From NCBI RefSeq assembly GCF_009695865.1, contig NZ_VUNB01000006.1, positions 89,109 to 113,108 on the forward strand: a DNA stretch of 24,000 nt, written 5' to 3'. The notes below the pieces were generated by a model. It made no database searches. It saw only the letters and a program-made list of their open reading frames with translations, and had not been told where the DNA came from. Position numbers and translations under genes: made by a program. Positions 8,106-15,793 of the stretch are shown here, piece by piece (the first letter of the stretch is position 1; every line of letters begins with the position of its first letter). The DNA comes from Baileyella intestinalis. Lineage in GTDB: Bacteria > Bacillota > Clostridia > Peptostreptococcales > Anaerovoracaceae.

Positions 8106-10382
8106 ATGCCAATTAAAGTACCCAACAATCTTCCCGCAATAGACATTCTTTCACAGGAAAACGTTTTCGTAATGACAGATACCAGGGCCATGACCCAGGA
8201 CATCCGTCCTCTGAAAATCCTCCTGCTGAATCTCATGCCTACGAAGATTGTAACAGAGACCCAGCTTACCAGGCTCCTGGGAAATACGCCTATCCAGATC
8301 GAGCTTGAGCTTCTCCAGACAGCCAGCCACAAGGCAAGCCACACGTCGCAGGAACACATGATCTCTTTTTACAAAACCTTCGATCAGGTGAGAGACAACA
8401 ACTACGACGGAATGATAATAACAGGCGCACCCATAGAACTCATGGACTTCGAAGAAGTTGACTACTGGGATGAACTGTGCGAAATCATGGAATGGACCAA
8501 ATCCCACGTCCACAGCACCTTCCACATCTGCTGGGGCGCCCAGGCAGGCCTTTATTACCATTACGGCATCCAGAAACACATTATGGACAAGAAACTGTCT
8601 GGCGTGTACAAGCACCACCTGGACTACAAGAAGGGAATGCTTTTCAGAGGCTTTGACGACGAGTTCTGGGTACCTCACTCAAGAAATACCACGGTCAGAA
8701 GAGAAGATATCGAGGCAGTTCCAGGCCTTAAGATACTGGCCAGCTCAGATGAAGCAGGGGTTTTCTGCGTAAAAAGCGACGATGACCGGCAGATTTTCGT
8801 TACCGGCCACTCAGAGTACGACGGGGACACCCTGAAAAAAGAATACGAGAGGGATGTGAAGGCAGGCCTGAATCCTGACATTCCAGACCACTACTTCCCA
8901 AATGACGATCCAAGTCAGGAGCCTGTAGTCAACTGGCGGTCCTGCGCTAACCTGATTTACTCCAACTGGCTGAACTACTTTGTATACCAGTCCACACCAT
9001 ACGACATAAGGGCTATCCAGAACGAAGACCTGGCTCCCGTTCTTCAGCGCAAAAGCAACCTTACTGTTGCCAAGTTCGGCGGCACCTCACTGGCAGGCAG
9101 CGAACAGTTCAGCCAGGTGAAAAAGATTCTCCAGGAAGACCCGGCCAGAAAATATGCAGTGGTATCTGCTCCTGGCAAGCGTTTCGACGAGGATGAAAAG
9201 GTCACAGACCTGCTTATCCAGGCAGCAGAGGAAGAAAGCAGCTCCGCCAGAGACCAGCTTTTAGATCAGGTGGAAAAAAGAATATGGGAAATCGCCAGTG
9301 CTGCGGCTCCTGGCCTTAACCTGGACCAGGAGATAGCTGCTGTCAAAGAAGAGGCAGATAAGCTTAAAGGCCGTGAAATCAGAGACTACCTGGCCAGCAG
9401 AGGAGAATACCTGTCTGCAAAGATGCTGGCAGAATACACAGGCAGAACCTTCGTAGACGCAGCTGATGTCATCAGATTCAGTGAAGATAATGAACTTGAC
9501 AGGGCAGAGACGAGAAAACTCCTTTCAGACAGACTGAAGGACCTGGACGGCGCAGTAATACCGGGATTTTACGGTGCTAAGAAAGACGGAACAATCGTGA
9601 CCTTCTCCAGAGGAGGATCGGATATTACCGGAGCCCTGGCAGCAGCAGCTCTGAAAGCAGATGTATACGAGAACTGGACCGATGTTCCGGGAATGCTTAT
9701 GGCAGATCCAAGGATTGTAAAAAATCCTCTTACAGTTCCGGTAATAAACTACAAGGAGCTTAGAGAACTGGCTCTGAGAGGTGCAAACGTTCTTCACGAA
9801 GACGCCGTTGCTCCAGTGAGAAGAACGGGAATTCCAATTAACATAAGAAGCACTGCAGAGCCGGAGCTCAACGGAACTCTGATCGTGCAAAACGCAGATT
9901 TTTATGATTCTGTTCTTGATATTTCAGGAATTTCCGGCCGCAAGGGATATGCAGCCATAGTAATAGAAAAAGAAGGAATCGGCAAAAACGGAGGCATCCA
10001 TCAGGCCCTTATGGACGTCCTTGAATCCAGAGGTATTTCTGTTGCAGGAGAACAGATCGGTACCGACACCATAGCAGTGGAAGTGGAGGCAAGGCCAATA
10101 AGAGACAACACTGATGAGCTTACGAAGGTAATTCAGCAAGTTACGGGAGCCGAAGATGTGACAGTTTCTGCAGGACTGGCCACCATTGCAGTAGTTGGCA
10201 GGAACATGGCAGACAAGTCCAGCGTTGCCGTGAAAGTATTCGAGGCACTGTCCAATGAACATATCGTTACCAGGTTTGTGGACCACAGCGCAGACAGCAT
10301 CAGCATTCAGCTGGGAGTCAGCGAAACGGACTACAAGAAAGCCATCAGGGCTATTTACAGGCAGTTCAGCCTCATTCATTAA
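8106..10382 (+). CDS. Fusion protein: MetA-type homoserine O-acyltransferase (aa ~1-305) plus monofunctional aspartate kinase with two ACT-like repeats (aa ~319-758)
   Basis: N-terminal part: [23 protein letters not shown], catalytic-Cys context [22 protein letters not shown]-terminal part: [41 protein letters not shown], then two ACT-like repeats. It is a single uninterrupted ORF. The AGGAGG RBS lies inside the end of the upstream gene, and the ATG is 3 nt after that gene's stop. Confidence 0.85.
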   Translation: MPIKVPNNLPAIDILSQENVFVMTDTRAMTQDIRPLKILLLNLMPTKIVTETQLTRLLGNTPIQIELELLQTASHKASHTSQEHMISFYKTFDQVRDNNYDGMIITGAPIELMDFEEVDYWDELCEIMEWTKSHVHSTFHICWGAQAGLYYHYGIQKHIMDKKLSGVYKHHLDYKKGMLFRGFDDEFWVPHSRNTTVRREDIEAVPGLKILASSDEAGVFCVKSDDDRQIFVTGHSEYDGDTLKKEYERDVKAGLNPDIPDHYFPNDDPSQEPVVNWRSCANLIYSNWLNYFVYQSTPYDIRAIQNEDLAPVLQRKSNLTVAKFGGTSLAGSEQFSQVKKILQEDPARKYAVVSAPGKRFDEDEKVTDLLIQAAEEESSSARDQLLDQVEKRIWEIASAAAPGLNLDQEIAAVKEEADKLKGREIRDYLASRGEYLSAKMLAEYTGRTFVDAADVIRFSEDNELDRAETRKLLSDRLKDLDGAVIPGFYGAKKDGTIVTFSRGGSDITGALAAAALKADVYENWTDVPGMLMADPRIVKNPLTVPVINYKELRELALRGANVLHEDAVAPVRRTGIPINIRSTAEPELNGTLIVQNADFYDSVLDISGISGRKGYAAIVIEKEGIGKNGGIHQALMDVLESRGISVAGEQIGTDTIAVEVEARPIRDNTDELTKVIQQVTGAEDVTVSAGLATIAVVGRNMADKSSVAVKVFEALSNEHIVTRFVDHSADSISIQLGVSETDYKKAIRAIYRQFSLIH

Positions 10383-10400
10383 TTGCGAAGGAGATCTATC

Positions 10401-11003
10401 ATGGCAAGAAGAATCCAAGAAAGCAAGAGCAGCGTAAAATCCAGGATAATCGATGCGGCCTGGGGCCTTTTCTCGGAAAAAGGTTTCGAAGCTACCACTC
10501 TTAACGACATAATCGAAGCTGCGGGAGTGGCAAAAGGAACTTTTTACTATTACTTCCGGGGAAAAGACAGCCTGCTGACCACCCTCTCGGTTATACTGGA
10601 CAATTATTATGCGGAGCTGGACAAGGAACTGAAGGATGAAGATAATGCATTTGACAAGCTCATGTACCTGAACTACAAAATGCATACAATGATAGGAACG
10701 AAAATCGACTTCAGCCTCATGGCAAACCTGTATTCAGCCCAGCTTCTCAGGGATGACAAGGGATATCTTCTGGACAGAAACCGTTACTATTTCAGGCTCA
10801 TCGCCAGAATTATCGAAGATGGTCAGAAAAAAGGAGAGATTACCACCTCCAAGACTACCGAGGAGATCGTAAGGATTTACAGCCTCTGCGAGAGGGCGCT
10901 GATCACCGACTGGTGCATGCATAACGGTGAGTACTCCCTGGGAGAATTCAGCAAGGAATACATGCCTATGTTGTTCTCGGAATTCCGCGGAGAAAAGAAA
11001 TAA
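10401..11003 (+). CDS. TetR/AcrR-family transcriptional regulator
   Basis: N-terminal HTH IIDAAWGLFSEKGFEATTLNDIIEAAGVAKGTFYYYFRGKDSLL. AAGGAG RBS at 10388..10393. ATG at 10401 is preferred over the tracked non-ATG start at 10383. The gap to the upstream gene is only 18 nt. Confidence 0.85.
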   Translation: MARRIQESKSSVKSRIIDAAWGLFSEKGFEATTLNDIIEAAGVAKGTFYYYFRGKDSLLTTLSVILDNYYAELDKELKDEDNAFDKLMYLNYKMHTMIGTKIDFSLMANLYSAQLLRDDKGYLLDRNRYYFRLIARIIEDGQKKGEITTSKTTEEIVRIYSLCERALITDWCMHNGEYSLGEFSKEYMPMLFSEFRGEKK

Positions 11004-11034
11004 ACAATATTAATAATATTAATAATCAGAAAGT

Positions 11035-11066
11035 GGCCCGGATTGTTTTTGCCGGGTCTTTTTTTA
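11035..11066 (+). terminator. Rho-independent terminator after tetR
   Basis: Stem GGCCCGG (11035..11041) pairs with CCGGGTC (11052..11058), followed by a T7 run. Confidence 0.75.
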
Positions 11067-11075
11067 TAGAATATA

Positions 11076-11105
11076 TTGACAAAAGTCTAACACAGTGGAT
11101 ATAAT
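11076..11105 (+). promoter_or_regulatory. Sigma-A-type promoter of the glycyl-radical enzyme operon
   Basis: TTGACA (11076..11081), 18-nt spacer, TATAAT (11100..11105). Confidence 0.65.
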
Positions 11106-11115
11106 AAACCTGAGT

Positions 11116-11131
11116 TTAGACCACGGTCTAA
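11116..11131. promoter_or_regulatory. Perfect 16-bp palindromic operator candidate TTAGACC-AC-GGTCTAA
   Basis: Perfect 7-bp arms with a 2-bp spacer. It starts 10 nt after the -10 box and ends before the RBS (11136..). An extra half-site AGTCTAA lies at 11083..11089 in the promoter spacer. Confidence 0.6.
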
Positions 11132-11149
11132 TATAAAGGAGAGCAGGAA

Positions 11150-12058
11150 ATGCATTACATAACAAATGTCCAGAAATTTTCCATTCACGACGGGGACGGA
11201 ATACGGACTACGGTTTTTTTCAAGGGCTGCAAGCTGAGATGCAAGTGGTGTCACAACCCTGAAACCCAGCGGTTTCAGCAGGAAATGCAGTACGACAGAG
11301 ATAAGTGCACTGGCTGCGGCAGGTGCGTGAAAGCTTGTCCTTCCGGAGCTCTGACATTGGTGGATGGCAAGGTCGTTACGGATAAGGATCTGTGCAAGCT
11401 TTGCGGACGCTGTGAAGATGTTTGCCCCCAGTGTGTTCGTGAGATAATTGGCAAGGAATATTCTGTTCCTCAGATAGTGAAGGAAGTCATGAAGGACAGG
11501 ATGTTCTACGATGACTCTGACGGAGGCGTGACCCTTTCGGGAGGAGAGGTCATGGCTATGGACAAGGAATACATTACCGCTCTCTGTCAGGCCCTTTACC
11601 GCCAGGGCGTTGATATAACCATCGACACCTGCGGAGAGGCACCGTGGGAGAACTATCAGGCCATAATGAGTTATGTCCACACATGGCTTTACGATATTAA
11701 AACCCTGGACAATGAGCTGCACAGGGATTACATCGGAGCAGACAACACCCTGATTCTGGACAATCTCCTTAAGCTGTCAGAAGCCGGCGCCCGGATTTAC
11801 ATCAGGATTCCGGTGGTTAAGGAAGTTAACGGAACAGAAGAAAGTATGAGAGATATTATTGATTTTCTCAGGAAAAACAATATTGCAGCTCCACAGGTAA
11901 ATCTGCTGCCTTACCATGATACGGGCAAGTCCAAGTATCCGAGAATCGGCAGGGAATACGAAGCTGGTAATCTGCATGCTCCGTCGGGAGAGGAGATGCA
12001 GTTATTTGTAAAAATGTTTAACGATGCGGGATTCAGCAATGTGAAAATCGGAGGTTAA
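11150..12058 (+). CDS. Glycyl-radical enzyme activating enzyme (radical SAM, with two auxiliary ferredoxin-type clusters)
   Basis: CKLRCKWC (CX3CX2C), CTGCGRCVKACP and CKLCGRCEDVCP motifs, LSGGEV. It sits immediately upstream of the GRE gene with a 2-nt gap. Confidence 0.9.
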   Translation: MHYITNVQKFSIHDGDGIRTTVFFKGCKLRCKWCHNPETQRFQQEMQYDRDKCTGCGRCVKACPSGALTLVDGKVVTDKDLCKLCGRCEDVCPQCVREIIGKEYSVPQIVKEVMKDRMFYDDSDGGVTLSGGEVMAMDKEYITALCQALYRQGVDITIDTCGEAPWENYQAIMSYVHTWLYDIKTLDNELHRDYIGADNTLILDNLLKLSEAGARIYIRIPVVKEVNGTEESMRDIIDFLRKNNIAAPQVNLLPYHDTGKSKYPRIGREYEAGNLHAPSGEEMQLFVKMFNDAGFSNVKIGG

Positions 12059-12060
12059 TC

Positions 12061-14439
12061 ATGGCGGAAGAAAGAGGAATGAATCAGAGAATCAAGAATC
12101 TTCGGAAGATCAGCACAGAGACACAGCCAAGTGTAGATCTTGAGAGAGCGAGAATCGAAACAGAGTTCTACAAGGAGAACGACGGCAAGTACTCTGTTCC
12201 TGTAATGAGGGCACTGTTCTTCAAGAAGTATATGGAAGAGAAGACTCTCTATCTTGGAGATGATGAGCTGATCGTAGGAGAGAAGGGCGCAAGACCACAG
12301 GCTTGTCCTACATTCCCGGAGATCTGTACACATACAGTTGAGGACATGGAGATCATGAACGCCAGAGATCTGGTATCTTTCTCTGTAACACCTGAGGACA
12401 TTGAAATCCAGAAAGATGAGATTATTCCGTTCTGGGCAGGAAAGTCCACAAGAGAACACCTCCTGGAAAGAATGACTCCTGAATGGAAGGAGTGCTACGC
12501 AGAAGGCATCTGGACAGAGTTCATGGAGCAGAGAGGCCCTGGACATACCTGCGGCGGAAAGAACGTATTTATCAAGGGATTTGATGATTATAAGCAGGAG
12601 ATCCAGGAGGCACTGGACAGCCTGGACTACCTGAATGATCCTGAAGCTTCCGACAAGGCTGAAGAACTGAAGGCAATGCTCATTGACTGCGATGCTATCT
12701 GCATCCTGGGGGAGAGATACAGAAAGCTGGCTCTTGAAAAGGCAGCAACAGAGGAGGATCCTCAGAGAAAGAAGGAACTGGAGCAGATCGCCGAGAACTG
12801 CAGCGTTGTTCCTGCTCACAAGCCTCAGACATACTGGCAGGCTCTCCAGCATTACTGGTTCGTTCACCTGGGCGTAACAACTGAGCTGAACCCATGGGAT
12901 GCTTTTTCGCCAGGAAGACTGGACCAGCATCTTGATCCATATTATGAAGCAGATGTGGAGGCTGGTATCCTGGATGACTACCACGCACTGGAGCTGCTGG
13001 AATGCCTCTGGGTTAAATTCTACAACCAGCCTGCACCTGTTAAGGTAGGCGTAACTCTTAAGGAGAGCGGCACATACACAGACTTCGCCAATATCAACAC
13101 CGGCGGAATCAAGGAAGACGGATCTGACGGAGTAAACCCTGTAAGCTATCTGATTCTGGACTGCATGGACGAGATGAAGCTGGTTCAGCCAAACTCAAAC
13201 GTTCAGATTTCCAAGAAAACTCCTTCCAGGTTCCTGAAGAGAGCCCTGGAGATTTCCAGAAAAGGATGGGGCCAGCCTGCCTTCTACAACACTGATGAGA
13301 TTGTACAGGAACTGCTGAACGCCGGAAAGACTCTGCTGGATGCAAGACAGGGAGGATCTTCCGGATGTGTTGAGACAGGTTCCTGGGGCAATGAAGCTTA
13401 TATCCTGACTGGATATATGAATATTCCAAAGATCCTGCAGATCACTTTGTATGACGGACTGGACACATATTCCGGCAAGCAGCTGGGCCTTCACCTGGGC
13501 AATGCAGAGGACTTCAAGTCCTACGATGAGCTGCTGGACGCTTTCAGCAAGCAGCTGAACTACTTCGTAGAGCTGAAGATCAGAGGAAACAATGTAATTG
13601 AGAATATCTTTGCAAAAGAACTGCCGGCTCCGTTCCTCAGCATCGTTACTAACGACTGCATCAAGAAGGGCAAGGATTACAACGCAGGTGGCGCAAGATA
13701 CAATACCAGATATATTCAGGGCGTAGGAATTGGCACAGTTACAGACATGATGGCTGCTATCAAGTACAACGTATATGACAAGAAGAAGTTCACCATGGAG
13801 GAGCTTAAGAAGGCAATGGAAGACAACTTCCAGGGTCATGAAGACATTTTCAGCATGGTTCATGACAAGACTCCTAAGTATGGTAACGATGATGACTACG
13901 CAGACGACATAATGCAGACTATCTTCAAACTGTACAGAGACACCATTACCGACAGACCTACGGTGTGCGGCGGAAAATACAGAGTAGACATGCTGCCTAC
14001 TACATGCCACGTATACTTCGGAGATGTGCTGCTGGCAACACCTAACGGCCGTTTGGCACACGTTCCGGTATCTGAGGGAATTTCACCTGAGAAGTCTGCA
14101 GATGTAAATGGACCTACAGCAGTAATCAAGTCCTGTGCTAAGATGGATCATATCTCCACCGGTGGTACACTGCTGAACCAGAAGTTCACTCCATCAGTTG
14201 TAAGAGGTGAGAAAGGCCTTGATAACATGGCTTCTCTGGTTCGTTCCTACTTTGCAATGGACGGACACCACATTCAGTTCAATGTCATCGACAGGCAGAC
14301 ACTGATTGAGGCACAGAAGCATCCTGAAGACTACAAGGATCTGATCGTTCGTGTAGCCGGATACTCAGATTACTTCAGAAACCTGGACAAGGCTCTTCAG
14401 GATGAGATTATCAACAGAACAGAGCAGTCCTTCGAGTAA
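12061..14439 (+). CDS. hypD: Glycyl radical enzyme of the 1,2-eliminase class, most likely trans-4-hydroxy-L-proline dehydratase
   Basis: 792 aa. Cys loop GGSSGCVETG (Cys436, codon 13366..13368). Glycyl radical loop LIVRVAGYSDYF (Gly767, codon 14359..14361). Conserved blocks include FPEICTHT, NPWDAFSPGRLDQHL, QPAFYNTD, GGARYNTRYIQGVGIG. Flanked by a dedicated activase and by proC. Confidence 0.8.
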   Translation: MAEERGMNQRIKNLRKISTETQPSVDLERARIETEFYKENDGKYSVPVMRALFFKKYMEEKTLYLGDDELIVGEKGARPQACPTFPEICTHTVEDMEIMNARDLVSFSVTPEDIEIQKDEIIPFWAGKSTREHLLERMTPEWKECYAEGIWTEFMEQRGPGHTCGGKNVFIKGFDDYKQEIQEALDSLDYLNDPEASDKAEELKAMLIDCDAICILGERYRKLALEKAATEEDPQRKKELEQIAENCSVVPAHKPQTYWQALQHYWFVHLGVTTELNPWDAFSPGRLDQHLDPYYEADVEAGILDDYHALELLECLWVKFYNQPAPVKVGVTLKESGTYTDFANINTGGIKEDGSDGVNPVSYLILDCMDEMKLVQPNSNVQISKKTPSRFLKRALEISRKGWGQPAFYNTDEIVQELLNAGKTLLDARQGGSSGCVETGSWGNEAYILTGYMNIPKILQITLYDGLDTYSGKQLGLHLGNAEDFKSYDELLDAFSKQLNYFVELKIRGNNVIENIFAKELPAPFLSIVTNDCIKKGKDYNAGGARYNTRYIQGVGIGTVTDMMAAIKYNVYDKKKFTMEELKKAMEDNFQGHEDIFSMVHDKTPKYGNDDDYADDIMQTIFKLYRDTITDRPTVCGGKYRVDMLPTTCHVYFGDVLLATPNGRLAHVPVSEGISPEKSADVNGPTAVIKSCAKMDHISTGGTLLNQKFTPSVVRGEKGLDNMASLVRSYFAMDGHHIQFNVIDRQTLIEAQKHPEDYKDLIVRVAGYSDYFRNLDKALQDEIINRTEQSFE

Positions 14440-14455
14440 AAATATTGTATTACAG

Positions 14456-14481
14456 GGGGCCGGATTGAATCCGGCTCCTTT
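14456..14481 (+). terminator. Hairpin after hypD, a weak or partial terminator
   Basis: 9-bp stem GGGGCCGGA/TCCGGCTCC (one G-U pair) with loop TTGAA, followed by only TTT. It overlaps the candidate proC promoter. Confidence 0.4.
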
Positions 14482-14493
14482 GAATGTTATAAT
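14465..14493 (+). promoter_or_regulatory. Candidate extended -10 promoter for proC
   Basis: TTGAAT (14465..14470), 17-nt spacer, TGtTATAAT (14485..14493). Confidence 0.45.
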
Positions 14494-14504
14494 CATACCA
14501 CGGT

Positions 14505-14520
14505 TTGGACTACGGTCTAC
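14505..14520. promoter_or_regulatory. Second operator-like site TTGGACT-AC-GGTCTAC
   Basis: 13 of 16 positions match the palindrome at 11116..11131. It starts 11 nt after the candidate -10 box, the same placement as at the first promoter. The right half ACGGTCTA is fully conserved. Confidence 0.5.
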
Positions 14521-14547
14521 ACTTGTGGGGTACAGTTTGATTTTCTA

Positions 14548-14629
14548 AAGGCAGATTCAGTACATTTGTTCTGGTCTGGAACTGAATGATGGAAGTCCGG
14601 TACTGCTAGAAGAACCGGAAACCTGCCTT
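14548..14629 (+). promoter_or_regulatory. Candidate structured 5' leader RNA (three-way junction) upstream of proC
   Basis: Hand-folded. P1 is 14548..14554 paired with 14623..14629 (AAGGCAG/CTGCCTT). P2 is 14555..14561 with 14581..14587 (ATTCAGT/ACTGAAT). P3 is 14596..14601 with 14614..14619 (TCCGGT/ACCGGA). J2/3 is GATGGAAG. I do not recognise a known riboswitch class. Confidence 0.3.
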
Positions 14630-14704
14630 CCATAACTCGGTGGTCTGGAATATCAACTGGAGAAATTGTTTTTTTCACTGAGAAAGTCAGATAAGGAGAG
14701 AAGA

Positions 14705-15514
14705 ATGAAACTTGGATTTATCGGCTGTGGTGTTATGGCTAATGCCATGATGGGCGGAATCATCAGAAACGGACTCTATAAGCCAGAGGATATCTGGGGT
14801 GCAGATCCTTTTGAGGGAAGCAGAGAGAAGACTAAGGCTGCCAATGGAATAAATGTAACAGACAGCAATGAGGAGGTCATCAAGAACTGCGATACAGTTT
14901 TCCTGACAATCAAGCCTCAGTATTACGAAAGTGCCATTGCAAGCTTCAAGGACAGCATCAGGGACGATCAGCTGTTCATCAGCATCGGTGCCGGAAGAAC
15001 TCTTGATTATCTGAATCAGCAGTTCGGAGACAAGAAGGTCAAGGTAGTAAGGGTTATGCCAAACACTCCTGCACAGGTGGGAGAGGGAATGGCTGCAGCA
15101 TGTCCTAACCAGTACGTTACAGATGAGGAAATGGCCAGAGCACTGGAGATCCTGAGAGCCTTCGGTAAGGCTGAGCAGGTTCCTGAAAACCTCTTCGACG
15201 TTGTTACAGGTGTAAGCGGATCTGGTCCTGCATACGTGTTCATGTTCATCGAGGCAATGGCTGATGCTGGTGTAGTTGGCGGAATGCAGAGATCAATGGC
15301 TTATGAGTTTGCGGCTCAGACAGTTTACGGAGCTGCCAAGATGGTTATGGAAACGGGCAAGCATCCTGGAGAGCTGAAGGACATGGTAAGCTCGCCGGCA
15401 GGTACTACTATTGCAGCAGTAAGAGAGCTGGAGCTTAACGGATTCAGAAGCGCTGTAATTGAAGGTGTGAACGCTGCCACAGAGAAATCCATAGAGATGC
15501 AGAGCGCAAAGTAG
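14705..15514 (+). CDS. proC: Pyrroline-5-carboxylate reductase
   Basis: MKLGFIGCGVMA Rossmann start, VMPNTPAQVGEG, GSGPAYVFMFIEA, SSPAGTTI. AAGGAG RBS at 14693..14698. ATG at 14705 is preferred over the tracked non-ATG start at 14666. Confidence 0.9.
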   Translation: MKLGFIGCGVMANAMMGGIIRNGLYKPEDIWGADPFEGSREKTKAANGINVTDSNEEVIKNCDTVFLTIKPQYYESAIASFKDSIRDDQLFISIGAGRTLDYLNQQFGDKKVKVVRVMPNTPAQVGEGMAAACPNQYVTDEEMARALEILRAFGKAEQVPENLFDVVTGVSGSGPAYVFMFIEAMADAGVVGGMQRSMAYEFAAQTVYGAAKMVMETGKHPGELKDMVSSPAGTTIAAVRELELNGFRSAVIEGVNAATEKSIEMQSAK

Positions 15515-15546
15515 TTTAGTACTCAGGTGTTGGTAATAAGGTGATA

Positions 15547-15582
15547 AGCAAAAGCCGGGCAATTGCCCGGCTTTTGCTATTT
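15547..15582. terminator. Strong rho-independent terminator after proC, possibly bidirectional
   Basis: Perfect arms AGCAAAAGCCGGGC (15547..15560) and GCCCGGCTTTTGCT (15565..15578), with A/T tracts on both flanks. Confidence 0.85.
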
Positions 15583-15592
15583 ATAGAACACT

Positions 15593-15600
15593 GAGGTTGC
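15593..15600. repeat. Target-site duplication, left copy (GAGGTTGC)
   Basis: Identical 8-mer directly abutting both IS termini. Confidence 0.85.
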
Positions 15601-15626
15601 GGCTTATAGGACAAAAAACGTGTTAC

Positions 15627-15670
15627 AAAACTGCTACAACCATTGAAATTTCAATGGTTGTAGCAGTTTT
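15627..15670. repeat. Perfect 44-bp palindrome just inside the left IS end
   Basis: AAAACTGCTACAACCATTGAAA / TTTCAATGGTTGTAGCAGTTTT, followed by TTTTATCTTTTTT. It would fold as a strong terminator-like hairpin. Confidence 0.9.
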
Positions 15671-15793
15671 ATCTTTTTTGAAAGAAGATAAAGGATGGAC
15701 AAAAAACGTGTTTAGAATGCATGTTAACGGTTGAAATTTCAACATGTACGGGCGATATATCTTTCTGAGAATGAATTATCGGGAGGATACCTA

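Noticed and set aside
11007-11024. Tandem 9-bp repeat ATATTAATA x2 after the tetR stop
   Set aside because: It is only two copies of a low-complexity AT-rich unit in an intergenic spacer, so it is not a CRISPR or regulatory array.
12055-14061. Long antisense ORFs (12055..12984, 309 aa; 13195..14061, 288 aa) opposite hypD, with similar ones opposite the activase (11087..11722) and ask/tetR (9924..10685)
   Set aside because: The sense-strand genes have unmistakable family motifs. The antisense products are Cys/Leu/Ser-rich with no motifs or translation signals, so they are shadow ORFs.
14620-14690. Possible proline T-box leader, because of CGGTGGTCTGG resembling the T-box core GGUGGUACC
   Set aside because: There is no Stem I/specifier architecture, no GA (K-turn) motif and no ACCGCG continuation. 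There is no terminator/antiterminator pair before the T run at 14678..14685.
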